Shown: positions 11,801 through 23,595, numbered from the whole stretch's first letter. The stretch is 62,780 nucleotides of DNA, filler included, from Globobulimina sp. (GCA_003354225.1; 48 parts of 48 records of this genome joined end to end with filler, not necessarily neighbours in it), one strand, 5' to 3'. The notes: a model not told the origin generated them from the letters alone. Translations and numbers: made by a program.

Positions 11801-12607
11801 AAGTTGCATGATGAATTTCCGAAAAACGTTTTGAATCCGTTTCCATTGCTTATAAACAATGATAATGTAATATATGCGATTCCTGTTATTATTGTAACAC
11901 AAATATATAATTTAATAAACGACCAAACATTTGTTGATCAATGCATTGATAAAATGAAACGAAATAATCAAATCAGGCATTTTCAAATACACATTGATAA
12001 AATAAAAAGGAAAACCAATATAAAAAATGTAACTGTCAGCGATATAAATATAAATAGAAACGAATTGTTACATAAAGAATATTATGATTCCGGCATAATT
12101 GATTTATATGTTTATACCAATGAGTATAAATTATATATCATTAAAAATATCCAATCACAATTTATTGACAGAAATGAAGAGAATGATTTTTGTTTTAATA
12201 TTTTGGATAAATTTATGAATAATTTATTACCAAATTATTTTCGTAATATAATATGTAAACAGCGGCTTCTAAAATATTTAATTGATAATGGTAAAGAACA
12301 AGAGTTAAGCGATAAAGTTATATCTTTATTAATGAATTGTAATTTAATCATACTTAAAATGGATAATATTTATTCCTTTTCTTATCCAAAATGTTGTAAA
12401 ATAACACGGGCGATTGGTTGCGGGAGAAAAGAAATTGTTTCATTTATTTGGAAAAAAAGGTATCATGAAGTTCTAAAAAAAGACATTTTATTGCACAAAA
12501 TGAATAATAGTTGTTTAGATTCTATTTTCCATATTCGTGATTTGTTGGGTGCGCAAATCATAAAAGAAATTGACTGTGCAGCTGGTGTCTTAATTAAAAT
12601 GACTTAA
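11801..12607 (+). CDS. STK19: STK19/WHR1 winged-helix DNA repair factor, 5' truncated
   Basis: IPVIIVTQIY, DQTFVDQ, GRKEIVSFIWKKRYHEV and FHIRDLLGAQII..I...AGVLIK match the STK19 pattern. Confidence 0.8.
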   Translation, partial: KLHDEFPKNVLNPFPLLINNDNVIYAIPVIIVTQIYNLINDQTFVDQCIDKMKRNNQIRHFQIHIDKIKRKTNIKNVTVSDININRNELLHKEYYDSGIIDLYVYTNEYKLYIIKNIQSQFIDRNEENDFCFNILDKFMNNLLPNYFRNIICKQRLLKYLIDNGKEQELSDKVISLLMNCNLIILKMDNIYSFSYPKCCKITRAIGCGRKEIVSFIWKKRYHEVLKKDILLHKMNNSCLDSIFHIRDLLGAQIIKEIDCAAGVLIKMT

Positions 12608-12767
12608 AGCAAGTGAATCTTAGAAACACCTCGTTTTAAAAATTCGCACATTCGCAAGTCATTTTGTTGGCTCATTCAGCAAAAATAATGAATTCAGCTC
12701 AAAAAAGGCTATTCAGCTCAAAAAATCACAGCACACTGCACAAAATAAATAAAAAAAAATGATGTAA

Positions 12768-13010
12768 TCAGTCATCATCATCATCATGGTGTGGGGAGAT
12801 GTGTCCCTTTGGCTCTGTAGTTTGTAAAAGCCCCGCATCATCGGTTGTAACTTTTACACGAATTGGCGGAACTCCACCCGATGGATTGCTTTCTTGTAAT
12901 TGCATCTTTTGTTTCCTATTCTTATAAATAAAATATCCGATACCAATCACCAACAAAACAACAACTACGCACAATATAATAATCACCACAACATACTCTT
13001 CATTCATCCC
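12768..13010 (-). CDS. C-terminal TM helix and tail of a type I membrane protein
   Basis: YVVVIIILCVVVVLLVIGIGYFIY followed by basic KNRKQK. Confidence 0.65.
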   Translation of the reverse strand, partial: GMNEEYVVVIIILCVVVVLLVIGIGYFIYKNRKQKMQLQESNPSGGVPPIRVKVTTDDAGLLQTTEPKGHISPHHDDDDD

Positions 13011-13235
13011 NNNNNNNNNNNNNNNNNNNNNNNNNNNNNNNNNNNNNNNNNNNNTTAATTAATTAANNNNNNNNNNNNNNNNNNNNNNNNNNNNNNNNNN
13101 NNNNNNNNNNATATATTGAGACAGATCACCCACCACTGTATACCGAATATTTCCCTTCGGCCTTGCGTCGTTTCCAACAAAGTCATTTCATGCAAGTTTC
13201 AAGTAAAAAAATACTTTAAATTTCGTGTTAGAACA

Positions 13236-13782
13236 ATGCTGCCACTCGAACTCCCAAACTCTTTGTTGGAGATCATTCAAAAAAATTGTCGCATTAAACC
13301 AAATGTATTAATTGCAATTGATGAATTTCCAGCCAATATTCAACAAAAAATACAAGAGTCGATATCAAATACAAACGAAAAGAAAAGTAATCTGTTAAGT
13401 TTGAGTTTGAGTTCTGATATCATTGAAGGAATAAATTGAAAAGAATAAAATATGTATTTAATAAATCAGATTTTTAGTAAAAATTCCATCAAATTCACAT
13501 GAAAATGTAATAAAGATATACTTAAATGGGAAATCAATAAATAATAATTTTGAAAAACAATTGCTTCGTATAAAATTATTGCAAAATGAAAGGGATCGAT
13601 TGCAAGAAATGAACAAGAAAACAAATAACAATCTTAAAAAAAACCAAAAAATGATTGATATTCTGCATAGATACAATGAGATTAAAGATGTCGCACAAAA
13701 ATTAATGGGAACATTAAATGAAATGAGAGGAACAACCACAAAGGAATTGTATAAAGAGTTTGGGTTAAATTTAACTGATTGA
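13236..13782 (+). CDS. SWI5: Swi5/Sae3 recombination mediator, one intron near 13393-13469 (boundaries uncertain)
   Basis: IDILHRYNEIKDVAQKLMG...RGTTTKELYKEFGL is the Swi5 signature, preceded by a coiled coil. Confidence 0.85.
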
Positions 13783-13872
13783 TCTGATCCTGACGTTTTC
13801 AACTGTCTAGTCTAGTTCACCGACTAAAGTAAAAGTTTTCTCTAAAAACCTATAAAATAATAACTACTCATA

Positions 13873-14321
13873 ATGGCAATTGCGGATTTTGGAACCAGAT
13901 GGCGAATATTTTTCATTGGTACCATTTTATCTGTTTGGTTGTTTATCATTGACGGATTAAATTGGTCATTAAATTGGTCAGAGGACACTGAGAGTGAAGT
14001 ATGGGCTAAATCTATTGTGTTAGTATCTGGCTATTTTTTTAGTTTTGCAACATTCATTGGAAGTTTTATGCTGTTTGTTTGGGTTAAACCTAAAAAAGGA
14101 GCATTACTGATTGTGTTTGCATGTTTTATCGCTGGGAGTACCAGATTAGTTGCCACATTATTAGGATTTCAAGATTTTTGGCAAGAATCAAAATTAGATT
14201 CTACGACATCTGGAACTACGGATGTTGCGATTGCTGGACTTCAATTATTTTTATTGTTTGATGCATTTAATTTGTATCGTCTTGCTAAAAAGGAAGAAAT
14301 TGCATTTAAACATATGAAAAT
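13873..14321 (+). CDS. Hypothetical ~4-TM membrane protein, 3' truncated
   Basis: ATG start and four hydrophobic segments. Confidence 0.6.
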
Positions 14322-14558
14322 NNNNNNNNNNNNNNNNNNNNNNNNNNNNNNNNNNNNNNNNNNNNTTAATTAATTAANNNNNNNNNNNNNNNNNNNNNNN
14401 NNNNNNNNNNNNNNNNNNNNNAATTGTCATATTTTTAATATAATCTAGCTGAAAATAATATTTTATCCTTGCACGCATGGATGTGTAATAGATATTGACG
14501 GTGGGAAGTTTAAATAGCGCCAGTAAACATTTGTAATATTGTATGTCTTGTTTGTTTT

Positions 14559-14804
14559 TTATAGCATTTGATCGCCATTTAATCGTTGAAGCCCTGTTGA
14601 TTGCCACAATTTGTATTGCTTTTGTTTTGGATTTTTATTATCAATGGCTTGCTGTGCTGTTTTTTCCATTTGTGGTTGAATCCAAATATCATCACAAAAT
14701 AAACGATCTTTTCTCCAATCTTTATCAATAATATCAACTAATGGTTTGGCACGATATATATGCGATATCCACACACCATCTTTATATGCATGTGACGAGC
14801 ACAT
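14559..14804 (-). CDS. ANAPC13: Anaphase-promoting complex subunit 13
   Basis: 81 aa. LVDIIDKDWRKDRLFCDDI and WQSTGLQRL parallel LDLIDDAWREDKLPYEDV and WTDLALQYL of APC13. Confidence 0.75.
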   Translation of the reverse strand: MCSSHAYKDGVWISHIYRAKPLVDIIDKDWRKDRLFCDDIWIQPQMEKTAQQAIDNKNPKQKQYKLWQSTGLQRLNGDQML

Positions 14805-14864
14805 GATTAAAAGTTAGATTACAGGTTTTTGTTCGCAAACGCGGGAGTCCGAGATAATGTATTA

Positions 14865-15182
14865 ATGGGCAATCAGAATCCCGCACCAAGCAGCATCAAA
14901 GAATGTCATTTGATTCAAAATCTGGGACACAGCAAGAGACGCTGTTTTGTGCGATTAACAAAAACAACACTTTGTATTGAACATACCGCAAACAATACGG
15001 AGAAGATAAATCTCCAGCAAATTTCCAAAATTATGCCCTGTCAGCACAATGCAAAACAATTTGAATTATTGCCGATTAATATAAAATTTATCTGCAAAAC
15101 ATTGGAGGAAGCACAAGATTGGATCTCTAAATTCCAAGCTCTAATATGTGCAGTTCAGTTTGTAGATGTTTTTCAAATTTGA
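14865..15182 (+). CDS. PH-domain protein with a possible N-myristoylation start (MGNQN)
   Basis: KRRCFVRL, INLQQISKI, FEL, FICKTLEEAQDWISK (terminal Trp helix of PH). Confidence 0.75.
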   Translation: MGNQNPAPSSIKECHLIQNLGHSKRRCFVRLTKTTLCIEHTANNTEKINLQQISKIMPCQHNAKQFELLPINIKFICKTLEEAQDWISKFQALICAVQFVDVFQI

Positions 15183-15241
15183 TTTCGCGGATTCAATCCG
15201 AGTATAACTATACAAAAAAAAAGAATAAAGCAAGCAACAAT

Positions 15242-15632
15242 ATGCGTGGATCGCTAATATTTCAAAAAAATTATTACACAGCAAAACAAATGCAGCGTAT
15301 AAATGACTCATATGATGCTGCCAAAAGTGCGATATTTGTATTTGGAGATAATGATATTGATAAAAATCGAGCGGATAAAACAATACAAAGAATGCATAGT
15401 GGCGGTCAAGCCGCGGTTATTGGTCCATATGATGATAGATTTGGTTATGGCGTTACAACCACATTTATTAACAAGGTGACACCGCAATTGGTTGAATTTA
15501 GTGAGATAATAAAGCAAGAATTTGTAGAATTGAAATCTTTTTTGGAGAAAGGAAGGTATGTTATTATTCCAGCGCTGACTGCAATGGACATTGACGCGAA
15601 TAATAAACAAAGAATAGATCACAATCTAGGCA
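15242..15632 (+). CDS. VFGDN...GGQAA domain protein (phage/bacterial macro-like family, DUF7831-like), 3' truncated
   Basis: IFVFGDN, SGGQAAVI, YGVTT, GRYVIIP motifs. Confidence 0.55.
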
Positions 15633-15848
15633 NNNNNNNNNNNNNNNNNNNNNNNNNNNNNNNNNNNNNNNNNNNNTTAATTAATTAANNNNNNNNNNNN
15701 NNNNNNNNNNNNNNNNNNNNNNNNNNNNNNNNCAAAGAGTTATTGCCCATGGTCAGCATACTTAGTTACAAAGTGAAGCACTCAAATGTTAGTAAAAATA
15801 GAAAATTTAAATGTTGATTGAAGAAATGAACTAAAAGCAAAAACCCTA

Positions 15849-16628
15849 ATGTCTTTTAAAACTGAAGCATTAAAGATACTGTCAGCTTATATTAAAGGAT
15901 TTGGAGAGATACCACGAGATCCCTCTGATTTGGTTGACTATTCTGACGGAGAATTAAATTATTCAGAAGCTGAAACGATAATTAGTGTGTTTCATAAGAA
16001 TCTAAATGAGCTAAGAACAGGCAACGTTTCATATTGTCCAAAAACTAGAACTGTCTCCAGAAATATATCCACTACAAGTGATACCAGTGATGATTATAAT
16101 AGCAATGCCACGGTTAGCATTGTATCAAATATCCGTAATTCATCTGAACCTGAAATGCCTGAATATAACATTGCGTCTGTTGGCACTCAATCCGATCACA
16201 ACAACGATATTAATCTTGATCTAAATCCAAATGATAATAACGAGCGTGTTGTCAAACAGATTACCATTATACATGAAGAAAATGATGAGTTCGAAGAGCA
16301 GGAACAATTCAGTGGCATCACAACAAAACATACAAATCAATGTACAATAAATGAAGATAATGATGATTATGTAGAAAGTAAGTATAGTGAACAGAACGCA
16401 GAGGAATCAATGTTATCAACATCGCATTCACCGCCAATTGCATTATCTCAAAGTCATACATCACAAATACCCATTTCAATCGCAACAAGTGATGATCCTC
16501 AATTGCAACATGGAAGCGATATCGATATGGATTGGAATGATTGGTTAATACCAGCCATTGGAAGAAGTGTTATTATTTTGTCTGTGTTGTATTTGGTAAT
16601 CAAATATTGTAAGGGAGGCAAAAATTGA
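15849..16628 (+). CDS. Hypothetical tail-anchored protein with an acidic low-complexity middle
   Basis: Complete 259-aa ORF with a C-terminal TM helix and basic tail. Confidence 0.7.
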   Translation: MSFKTEALKILSAYIKGFGEIPRDPSDLVDYSDGELNYSEAETIISVFHKNLNELRTGNVSYCPKTRTVSRNISTTSDTSDDYNSNATVSIVSNIRNSSEPEMPEYNIASVGTQSDHNNDINLDLNPNDNNERVVKQITIIHEENDEFEEQEQFSGITTKHTNQCTINEDNDDYVESKYSEQNAEESMLSTSHSPPIALSQSHTSQIPISIATSDDPQLQHGSDIDMDWNDWLIPAIGRSVIILSVLYLVIKYCKGGKN

Positions 16629-17043
16629 TATTCATCAAAATTGTATAATAATATAATATATATGTTTTATGAGATGTTGTATATTAATATTTGTCTAGAT
16701 GCATTCACACGTGACAGGAGGGTGAAGGCCGAGCGTGTAAAGCAAAAAACGCGTTTCTTTACCGTTTCTGTCTATATTTTGTATGCATATTCGGGAATTG
16801 TACATATCTTATTGTGTTGCAAAAGAAAACAAGTGTTTTTCGAATTATTTTGATTTAATATTGTATTTTTGTATTATGTTTTGTTTGATTTGCTTTATGC
16901 TCTTCAATTGCTTTTGTTTTTTAATTTTTTTGATGACACAATCNNNNNNNNNNNNNNNNNNNNNNNNNNNNNNNNNNNNNNNNNNNNTTAATTAATTAAN
17001 NNNNNNNNNNNNNNNNNNNNNNNNNNNNNNNNNNNNNNNNNNN

Positions 17044-17290
17044 GACTCCAAGTTCAAACAGACACGTTTACAAAAGGACTCCACATACAAACGGACATGT
17101 TTACAAAGGGACTCCAAGTTCAAACAGACACGTTTACAAAGGGACTCCAAGTTCAAACAGACACGTTTACAAAAGGACTCCAAGTTCAAACAGACATGTT
17201 TACAAAGGGACTCCAAGTTCAAACATTCATTTTTCCATTGAGAGTCCGAGTTCAAACGGAAATGTTGCCAAATAGAGTCCAAGTTCAAGC
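17044..17290. repeat. 33-bp minisatellite (GGACTCCAAGTTCAAACAGACACGTTTACAAAG), about 6 copies decaying rightwards
   Basis: Directly visible. Confidence 0.95.
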
Positions 17291-17341
17291 TTCGTTTGGA
17301 ACTACAATTCGAAACGGGCAAGATTGATTAAAGATTTATTG

Positions 17342-17371
17342 GTTCTGGCGAAGCCAGAACGGGTTGTCTAA
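17342..17371 (+). mobile_element. Probable Helitron-type 3' terminus (hairpin plus CTRR)
   Basis: GTTCTGGC-GAA-GCCAGAAC perfect stem followed 7 nt later by CTAA then T. Confidence 0.5.
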
Positions 17372-18354
17372 TATAAATGTATATATGTACAAATGTAGGT
17401 TATATACATAAACAACATCAAGTAATTCAACATTCTTACAATTCAACTTTTTGTTAGGTTGCTTCTCAATGGGCCGTCGGTTGACTAACTTTATCGATTA
17501 TAAAGCACCCAGCCATGACACAAACCAAAATTTGACATGCATTATGAAAGCTATCAGACATGCCACCCTTCCCAGAGAAACTTCAATAATTCAGGTAGGA
17601 TGCAATGCAAATACAGTTTGACTACACATTACAGTAGCTTCTGACTCGTCTGTGCTACATATGTATCTGTTGTTTGTATACAGTTTATATTATAAATATA
17701 GTCACATCGGTTCTTGTATTTGAGTAATTCAGTACACAGTAACAATACATATACAGCATTTACGTACAATAAGATCTTTTGATCAAATACACTAAAAATG
17801 TTCTGTTATAGGTTGGCACTGGCCGAGTCAATTTGGTGGGTGGTAATTCAAGAGCAAGAGCATTAGCATTGACAGATAAAAGGAACGAATAAATTTAATA
17901 ATCTGAATGCGAAAAATACAATTTTTGTAAAATGTACTCTAAAATTTGTGCTTTATTATGTTCAATGTATGTAAACATATACTTTTCTTATTGTAATGAT
18001 TGATGTACCTATATCTAGTTTCAAATGACTCTGTTAAATAACGAATTGTAACGATGCCAAACGTTCTACAATGTATTATTAGTTGTTGATTTAAAATACT
18101 AGTATTTTCTTTGACATTTTGATTGACCTTACATACGTACCTGCGATTTGGTATAACACGTCAATAATTGCCATTTATGATACAGTAATATTTAGGCGCA
18201 GATTATACATGTATCATGCTTTTTAATGCGCCATTTGTTATAGGTTTGTTATAGNNNNNNNNNNNNNNNNNNNNNNNNNNNNNNNNNNNNNNNNNNNNTT
18301 AATTAATTAANNNNNNNNNNNNNNNNNNNNNNNNNNNNNNNNNNNNNNNNNNNN

Positions 18355-18874
18355 AATGAATAAAGTCACTAATAGAAAGAGCAACAAAATGGAGAATGTG
18401 TCGTATATAAATAATATGATTCCAAAACCAAAACCAAAGCCTTATCAACCACAACCACCGCCTGCTCCATATAACGTACCACCGCCACCGCAAGAAATAG
18501 AGCATAAACCCAAACCCATTGCAAAGGTGGAGGTAAAACAGGAGCCACTCCCCGTGCATCATGCACATGTGCACCAATTTGAGAGTCCCATCCAATCAGA
18601 ATTGGTCTCCATGGGCTTTGACAAAGAATATGTTCTCCGCGCTTGCAATTTGTATAAGAAAAAATTTAAAGATAAACCATTACGTTTGGAAGTTTTAACT
18701 GAAATTATTATACGATTACAACAGAGAGATCAGAGTAGGAACAGAGAGATCAGAGCAAAATCCATTGACAGTGTTGCAAGTCCTGAGCCGAATAGCAAGC
18801 CAGTGGCTGCACATCATATCAAACACAGAAGTAGCTTCCAAGGTATGTTCATGCAAAAGGTTGCCATGAGTTGA
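18355..18874 (+). CDS. Proline-rich protein with a UBA-like motif, partial
   Basis: PPP-rich tract, then SELVSMGFDKEYVLRAC. Probable GTATGT splice donor near 18843. Confidence 0.6.
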
Positions 18875-18999
18875 TGTTAAGCTTACTTAAAAAAAAGTTT
18901 TCAGTTTGACTTTTAACATCATGGCATCTTGAAAAAATGTTAATTTTATTGTAAATGCAATAAGGTGCGCCACAGCAAAATGTAAATAATAATGCAGCG

Positions 19000-19395
19000 T
19001 TGCAACAATCAATGAGTTATGATTATAACTTACCGAATAATGTTGGTGGTCGAGGTGGTGGCCACAATAACAATAACAATATGAGTGAAGAGAGCGTGGC
19101 AATATCTATAATAATGCCCTCTTCCTCCATTGGTTTGCAAGCATGCGATATTATAATACGTAAAGATCAAAGCTTATGCGATGTAAAACAATTAATATCA
19201 ACGTGTTTAACTGATTTTGATCAATATGATGAAAGTTATGCATTGTTTCATGATGACACCGGATTTATATTTACGGAGTTTGATGTTACCATTGTTCAGG
19301 CATTGCAGTTAATGGATGTTAATGTTGATGATCAAAATATTGTCATTAATTTGAAAATTGGAAGGATTGTCAGTAAATATATTAAATTAAAGTAA
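19000..19395 (+). CDS. Hypothetical protein or terminal exon, possible ubiquitin-like fold
   Basis: 131-codon ORF; SLCDVKQLI pattern is a weak match only. Confidence 0.4.
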   Translation: MQQSMSYDYNLPNNVGGRGGGHNNNNNMSEESVAISIIMPSSSIGLQACDIIIRKDQSLCDVKQLISTCLTDFDQYDESYALFHDDTGFIFTEFDVTIVQALQLMDVNVDDQNIVINLKIGRIVSKYIKLK

Positions 19396-19744
19396 GGGAA
19401 TCATTGTGCCAAATCTATTCAAATAGTTTTTATTATTTTTTGTGATGTTTTTAAAGCAATGGAGTCGCATTCTTGACTTTTGCTTTTTTTATAGCTATTA
19501 TTTTTCTTATATAGTTTTAGTTGTTCGCCTTTCAATCCCGCTTTTTTTAATTTCATATTGAGTATNNNNNNNNNNNNNNNNNNNNNNNNNNNNNNNNNNN
19601 NNNNNNNNNTTAATTAATTAANNNNNNNNNNNNNNNNNNNNNNNNNNNNNNNNNNNNNNNNNNNNCCAAAAACCTTGCCAATCACAAAAGAAGTGTTTAG
19701 AAGTTTAAGCCTAAAAAGTCAACTCTTATCGCTATATATTTTAA

Positions 19745-20824
19745 TTATTTCGATTTGTTTTGGATTGGTTTGTATGGATCTTCATCAATGTAAACCTTTA
19801 ATATTTTTATTAATTGTTTCCGGATTTTTATATCCATTCCTATGTATAATTGATCATTTACTGTTCGTTCTAAATTAACGACTGTCGGTCGTATCATCCT
19901 TCGAGCTCCATTAAGCACAAATAATTGAACCAACTCAACTGCTCCCTTAGCATTCACGTCATTTACTTTTTTCTCCTCGTTTTTGTTTGGAATGGCTCGA
20001 TGTATTGCCATTCTTAATGGTGTATCCTTCCCTGAATGTGGCCATGCATCAATGTACAGATTTTGTTTCTCCTCATTGCCAGTATTGTATATATTATGCT
20101 GTTTCAATAAATCCGCCATAACTCCTATATCATTTTGATAATCATAACAAAGTGAATGTAATTTTGTCCATCTCTGTTCATACGTTTTATCACCACTTAA
20201 ACACATACAATATCCATGCAATATATGTTGTGTATCAGCTGGTATTGTTTTGATATTAATGCCATATTCACCCAACAGTCCACCAATCAATGCATTAAAT
20301 GTTTTGAAATTGTTTATTTTTTTCATTTCTGCGACTTTGTCGTACTGAATTGATGCAATATTAATTATACAAACAATAAAATGAAATAACGAGTACATAC
20401 ATGTTCGTGTTCCATTTCTTTTGGATGTGGCTGTTTTGAACTGGGCTTAAAATGTTTCCAACTGATTTTTAATTTGAATTTAAAACCACAATTGTATGCA
20501 TATCCATATGTTGTATTTGCGTGCAGCTCTGATAATGTTTGACTATCATTCAACTCTTTGCCTCCATAGAATAGCTTGCATTGCGTGCTCTCGATATTCT
20601 TCAAAGGTAAGCCACTTTTGATCTCTTTCACTGTGTTAAATAACCGTATCCCACTGATTTTATATTGCTTTTTCGGAGCTTGCAGATAAATTTCAATGAT
20701 TGAACTGTTTCTGCTATGTTTGTGCGGCCTGTTACTGAGTTTGTTTACCAATTCAGGAAACGTCTGGTTTTGATATTGATTCTCATTTACCTTATCTTGG
20801 TATATTGTCGGTAATGGTGATTTG
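19745..20824 (-). CDS. Protein with a ubiquitin-like domain and a C-terminal ankyrin-like motif, intron 20345-20400, 5' partial
   Basis: TVKEIK...KLFYGGKELNDSQTLSE. A 56-nt phase-0 GTATGT..CAG intron joins two track ORFs. GKDTPLRMAI...LVQLFVLNGA. Confidence 0.7.
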
Positions 20825-20975
20825 CTGTAGAATTAATGTGAGATTATTGAGATATAACATATAAATGCACACAAANNNNNNNNNNNNNNNNNNNNNNNNN
20901 NNNNNNNNNNNNNNNNNNNTTAATTAATTAANNNNNNNNNNNNNNNNNNNNNNNNNNNNNNNNNNNNNNNNNNNN

Positions 20976-21848
20976 ATCGCAGGTAAAGCTGAAGAAAGAA
21001 GCTTCAAAATAATAAAAGAGTGGCAGACGGCTCCAATTGATTTATTAACATCAAACAGAGGGATTGTAGCAGGTGTATTTTGTGCAGGATTTGTTATTGT
21101 AAATAACAAATTAAAGTTCACGACTTATCGAAGCAGTTCAGATTTGAATAAATTATGGAAATGTATATGTGACAGCAAAATGTATTTAGTTCATTCACAA
21201 ATTATTGATGCTGTTTATAAATTGGCCATGACATACCGCTGTGAATATAAATATAAAGAAACATTGGATGCTGTAACAAATATCGTGGTGGATGTCATGC
21301 AAATTTGCTTAGAAAATGATTTAAAATATACACAAAATGAAAATGAGGCAATGATTAATAATATATTTTGTTTGATGGCAAGTGCTACCAAAAATGATTC
21401 CAATTATTATGACCGTCAATTATATTTTCATTGCAATTTTTTATTTGCTGTTTTAAAAAAATTAGTTGATTTAAGAAATAAAAATAATGCGAAATATCTT
21501 ATTTATTTTGGTAATGGAATTATTGTCAAATTATTGCAAGAAAAATTTGATAAAATTGTCTTAAATGACACTTAAATGACTTCGCGGAATTCGCAGAATT
21601 TAATTAAACAGTTAATTGAGATCGATTATGAACAAGGTTTTAAATTAACAAATTTATGGTTTCCACTGTTTATGAAGGATCATAAAAATTGGATTGTAAA
21701 TGAATTACCACAAAAAACATCATTTAGGGCATTGCGAATATTAATTGATGGAATTCTGAGATGCAGGAACATAGTGCTTGATACTTCTTACTTTGAATTT
21801 ATTGATCAATATACAACTACTCAATGGAAACGGAATAACAATCAATAA
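20976..21848 (+). CDS. Helical hypothetical protein, 5' truncated, with one in-frame TAA at 21573-21575
   Basis: One frame is open from the contig start to 21848 except for this single stop. Confidence 0.5.
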
Positions 21849-21977
21849 ATCAACCTTTGTCTGTAACATAATTTATAACAATGCAGAATATTTTATTTGA
21901 CATTCTTTGTGATTTACCTTCAAATTAATGTAATTCTTAATTATAATTTACCACAAAAAAAACCTCTCAGGAACATA

Positions 21978-22185
21978 ATGTCTCACAAGAGATCAGGTAT
22001 TGTCAAGAAAAAAGTCGATTCGAGAATCAAAAAACTATTGGAAAATGGAGTTAAAAACAAGCATCGTTCGTTTATGATTTTGATTGGGAAACGTGGCAAA
22101 TCACAAATTGTGAATCTCCATTGGTTATTAACGCGGTGTGCCAACAATGAGACGCCATCGATTTTATGGTGTTATCGCGACAATT
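21978..22185 (+). CDS. NAT10: RNA cytidine acetyltransferase NAT10/Kre33, N-terminus
   Basis: KKKVDSRIKKLLENGVKNKHRSFMILIG...QIVNLH...PSILWCY. Confidence 0.92.
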
Positions 22186-22613
22186 NNNNNNNNNNNNNNN
22201 NNNNNNNNNNNNNNNNNNNNNNNNNNNNNTTAATTAATTAANNNNNNNNNNNNNNNNNNNNNNNNNNNNNNNNNNNNNNNNNNNNAATTATATTCTCCAA
22301 ATAAAAAGGACTATTCTAGAAACGACAGAGAATTGAACTCTGTTGTTTGGACCAAACGTTTCACGAAACAAATCTGACTTTCTTTCGGGTGAAATCCGGA
22401 ATAATAAAGTGTCAGTAACTTCATTCTCCGAATTGATCTATTTATAATAATTGATAAGGATTATAAATCGATCACCTTCCCGTATGTCCCTGTGTGTCGT
22501 GAAACTGGTTTTTTGGTCATTGGAGTTAAATGAGTCTTTATATTTCATATCAAAACGTGTGGTGTAATGTAACTACGAGGGCGGATTTTTTTGAAGTCTT
22601 TTTTTGCTGATAA

Positions 22614-23495
22614 TTATACTAAATTTGCTGCAAACATCTCCGTAACGGCATTAGTTTCCCATATATTGCATGTTTCCAATTTGCCCTTACTTTTATCAGT
22701 ATTTGATTTACCGGGTTTATTTACACCATGAATCATTTCAAAAGGGATGATTCTTAAATCCTTTGTTGTGAATAAAATATAACGGTTGGAAACATGCGGT
22801 AAATTGTTTACGGACCAGACTACGTAGCGGAGGACTTTCAATAAATCAATTCCTTGTTGGTTACATAAGGATGTAGCACCTATGCGAATACTATAAGGTG
22901 GGAATGCTTTTGGTTTCTTTAATTGAAGTAATTTGACAAATTCCTTCATAAATTCCGTCAACTTTGACGGACGCCAAATCGCACCATTTGATCCTACAAA
23001 AACATAATTGAAGTTATTTGTATTCAAATTTTGTAGTTGTTTTATTAATAAACGTTTCTTAAGTTTCCTATGGTTTGATTTCTGTTTCTGCAATAAATGA
23101 CGATGTAAAATCTGTCGTCTTCTCAATAAAATCTTAAATATGGCAAAAAAATCAAGGAAACGGCAATGACAATTTCTCACATTATTGCATATTGGTGGTG
23201 CCATATAGATCTCCTTTGGTACATCCCTAAATTCTTGGTTTTTATACCAATTGATTATCAATTTTAAATATCTTCTCACATACGGTTTGTTTGAATTATG
23301 TTCTGTGATATCACCCCATCGTAAACCAGTAGTTATAACTTCCCATTCAGGGTTCTCAGTGCTATCTGTATACAATAGTTCTGCTGGTCTGCTTATCGTG
23401 AAAAAACAGAACAAAATCAAAGATGCTTTGGTTAAATCGTCAATTGGGCAAATTTCCCATGTTTTCGGAGTTACATTAATTAATTGTAAGTATTT
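22614..23495 (-). mobile_element. Tyrosine recombinase of a DIRS/Ngaro-type YR retrotransposon, 5' truncated
   Basis: FFTISRPAELL, LRWGDI, WYKNQ, YSIRIGATS, VVWS, NRYI. Intronless and AT-rich. Confidence 0.8.
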
Positions 23496-23595
23496 NNNNN
23501 NNNNNNNNNNNNNNNNNNNNNNNNNNNNNNNNNNNNNNNTTAATTAATTAANNNNNNNNNNNNNNNNNNNNNNNNNNNNNNNNNNNNNNNNNNNN

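Noticed and set aside
17044-17290. 33-bp repeats as a CRISPR array or repeat protein
   Set aside because: Units are contiguous with no unique spacers and no cas genes. The ORFs on both strands arise from the repeat.
21573-21575. In-frame TAA as evidence of a ciliate-type genetic code
   Set aside because: It is a single case in about 290 codons, and other genes end at TAA/TAG normally. A sequencing error or pseudogene is more likely.
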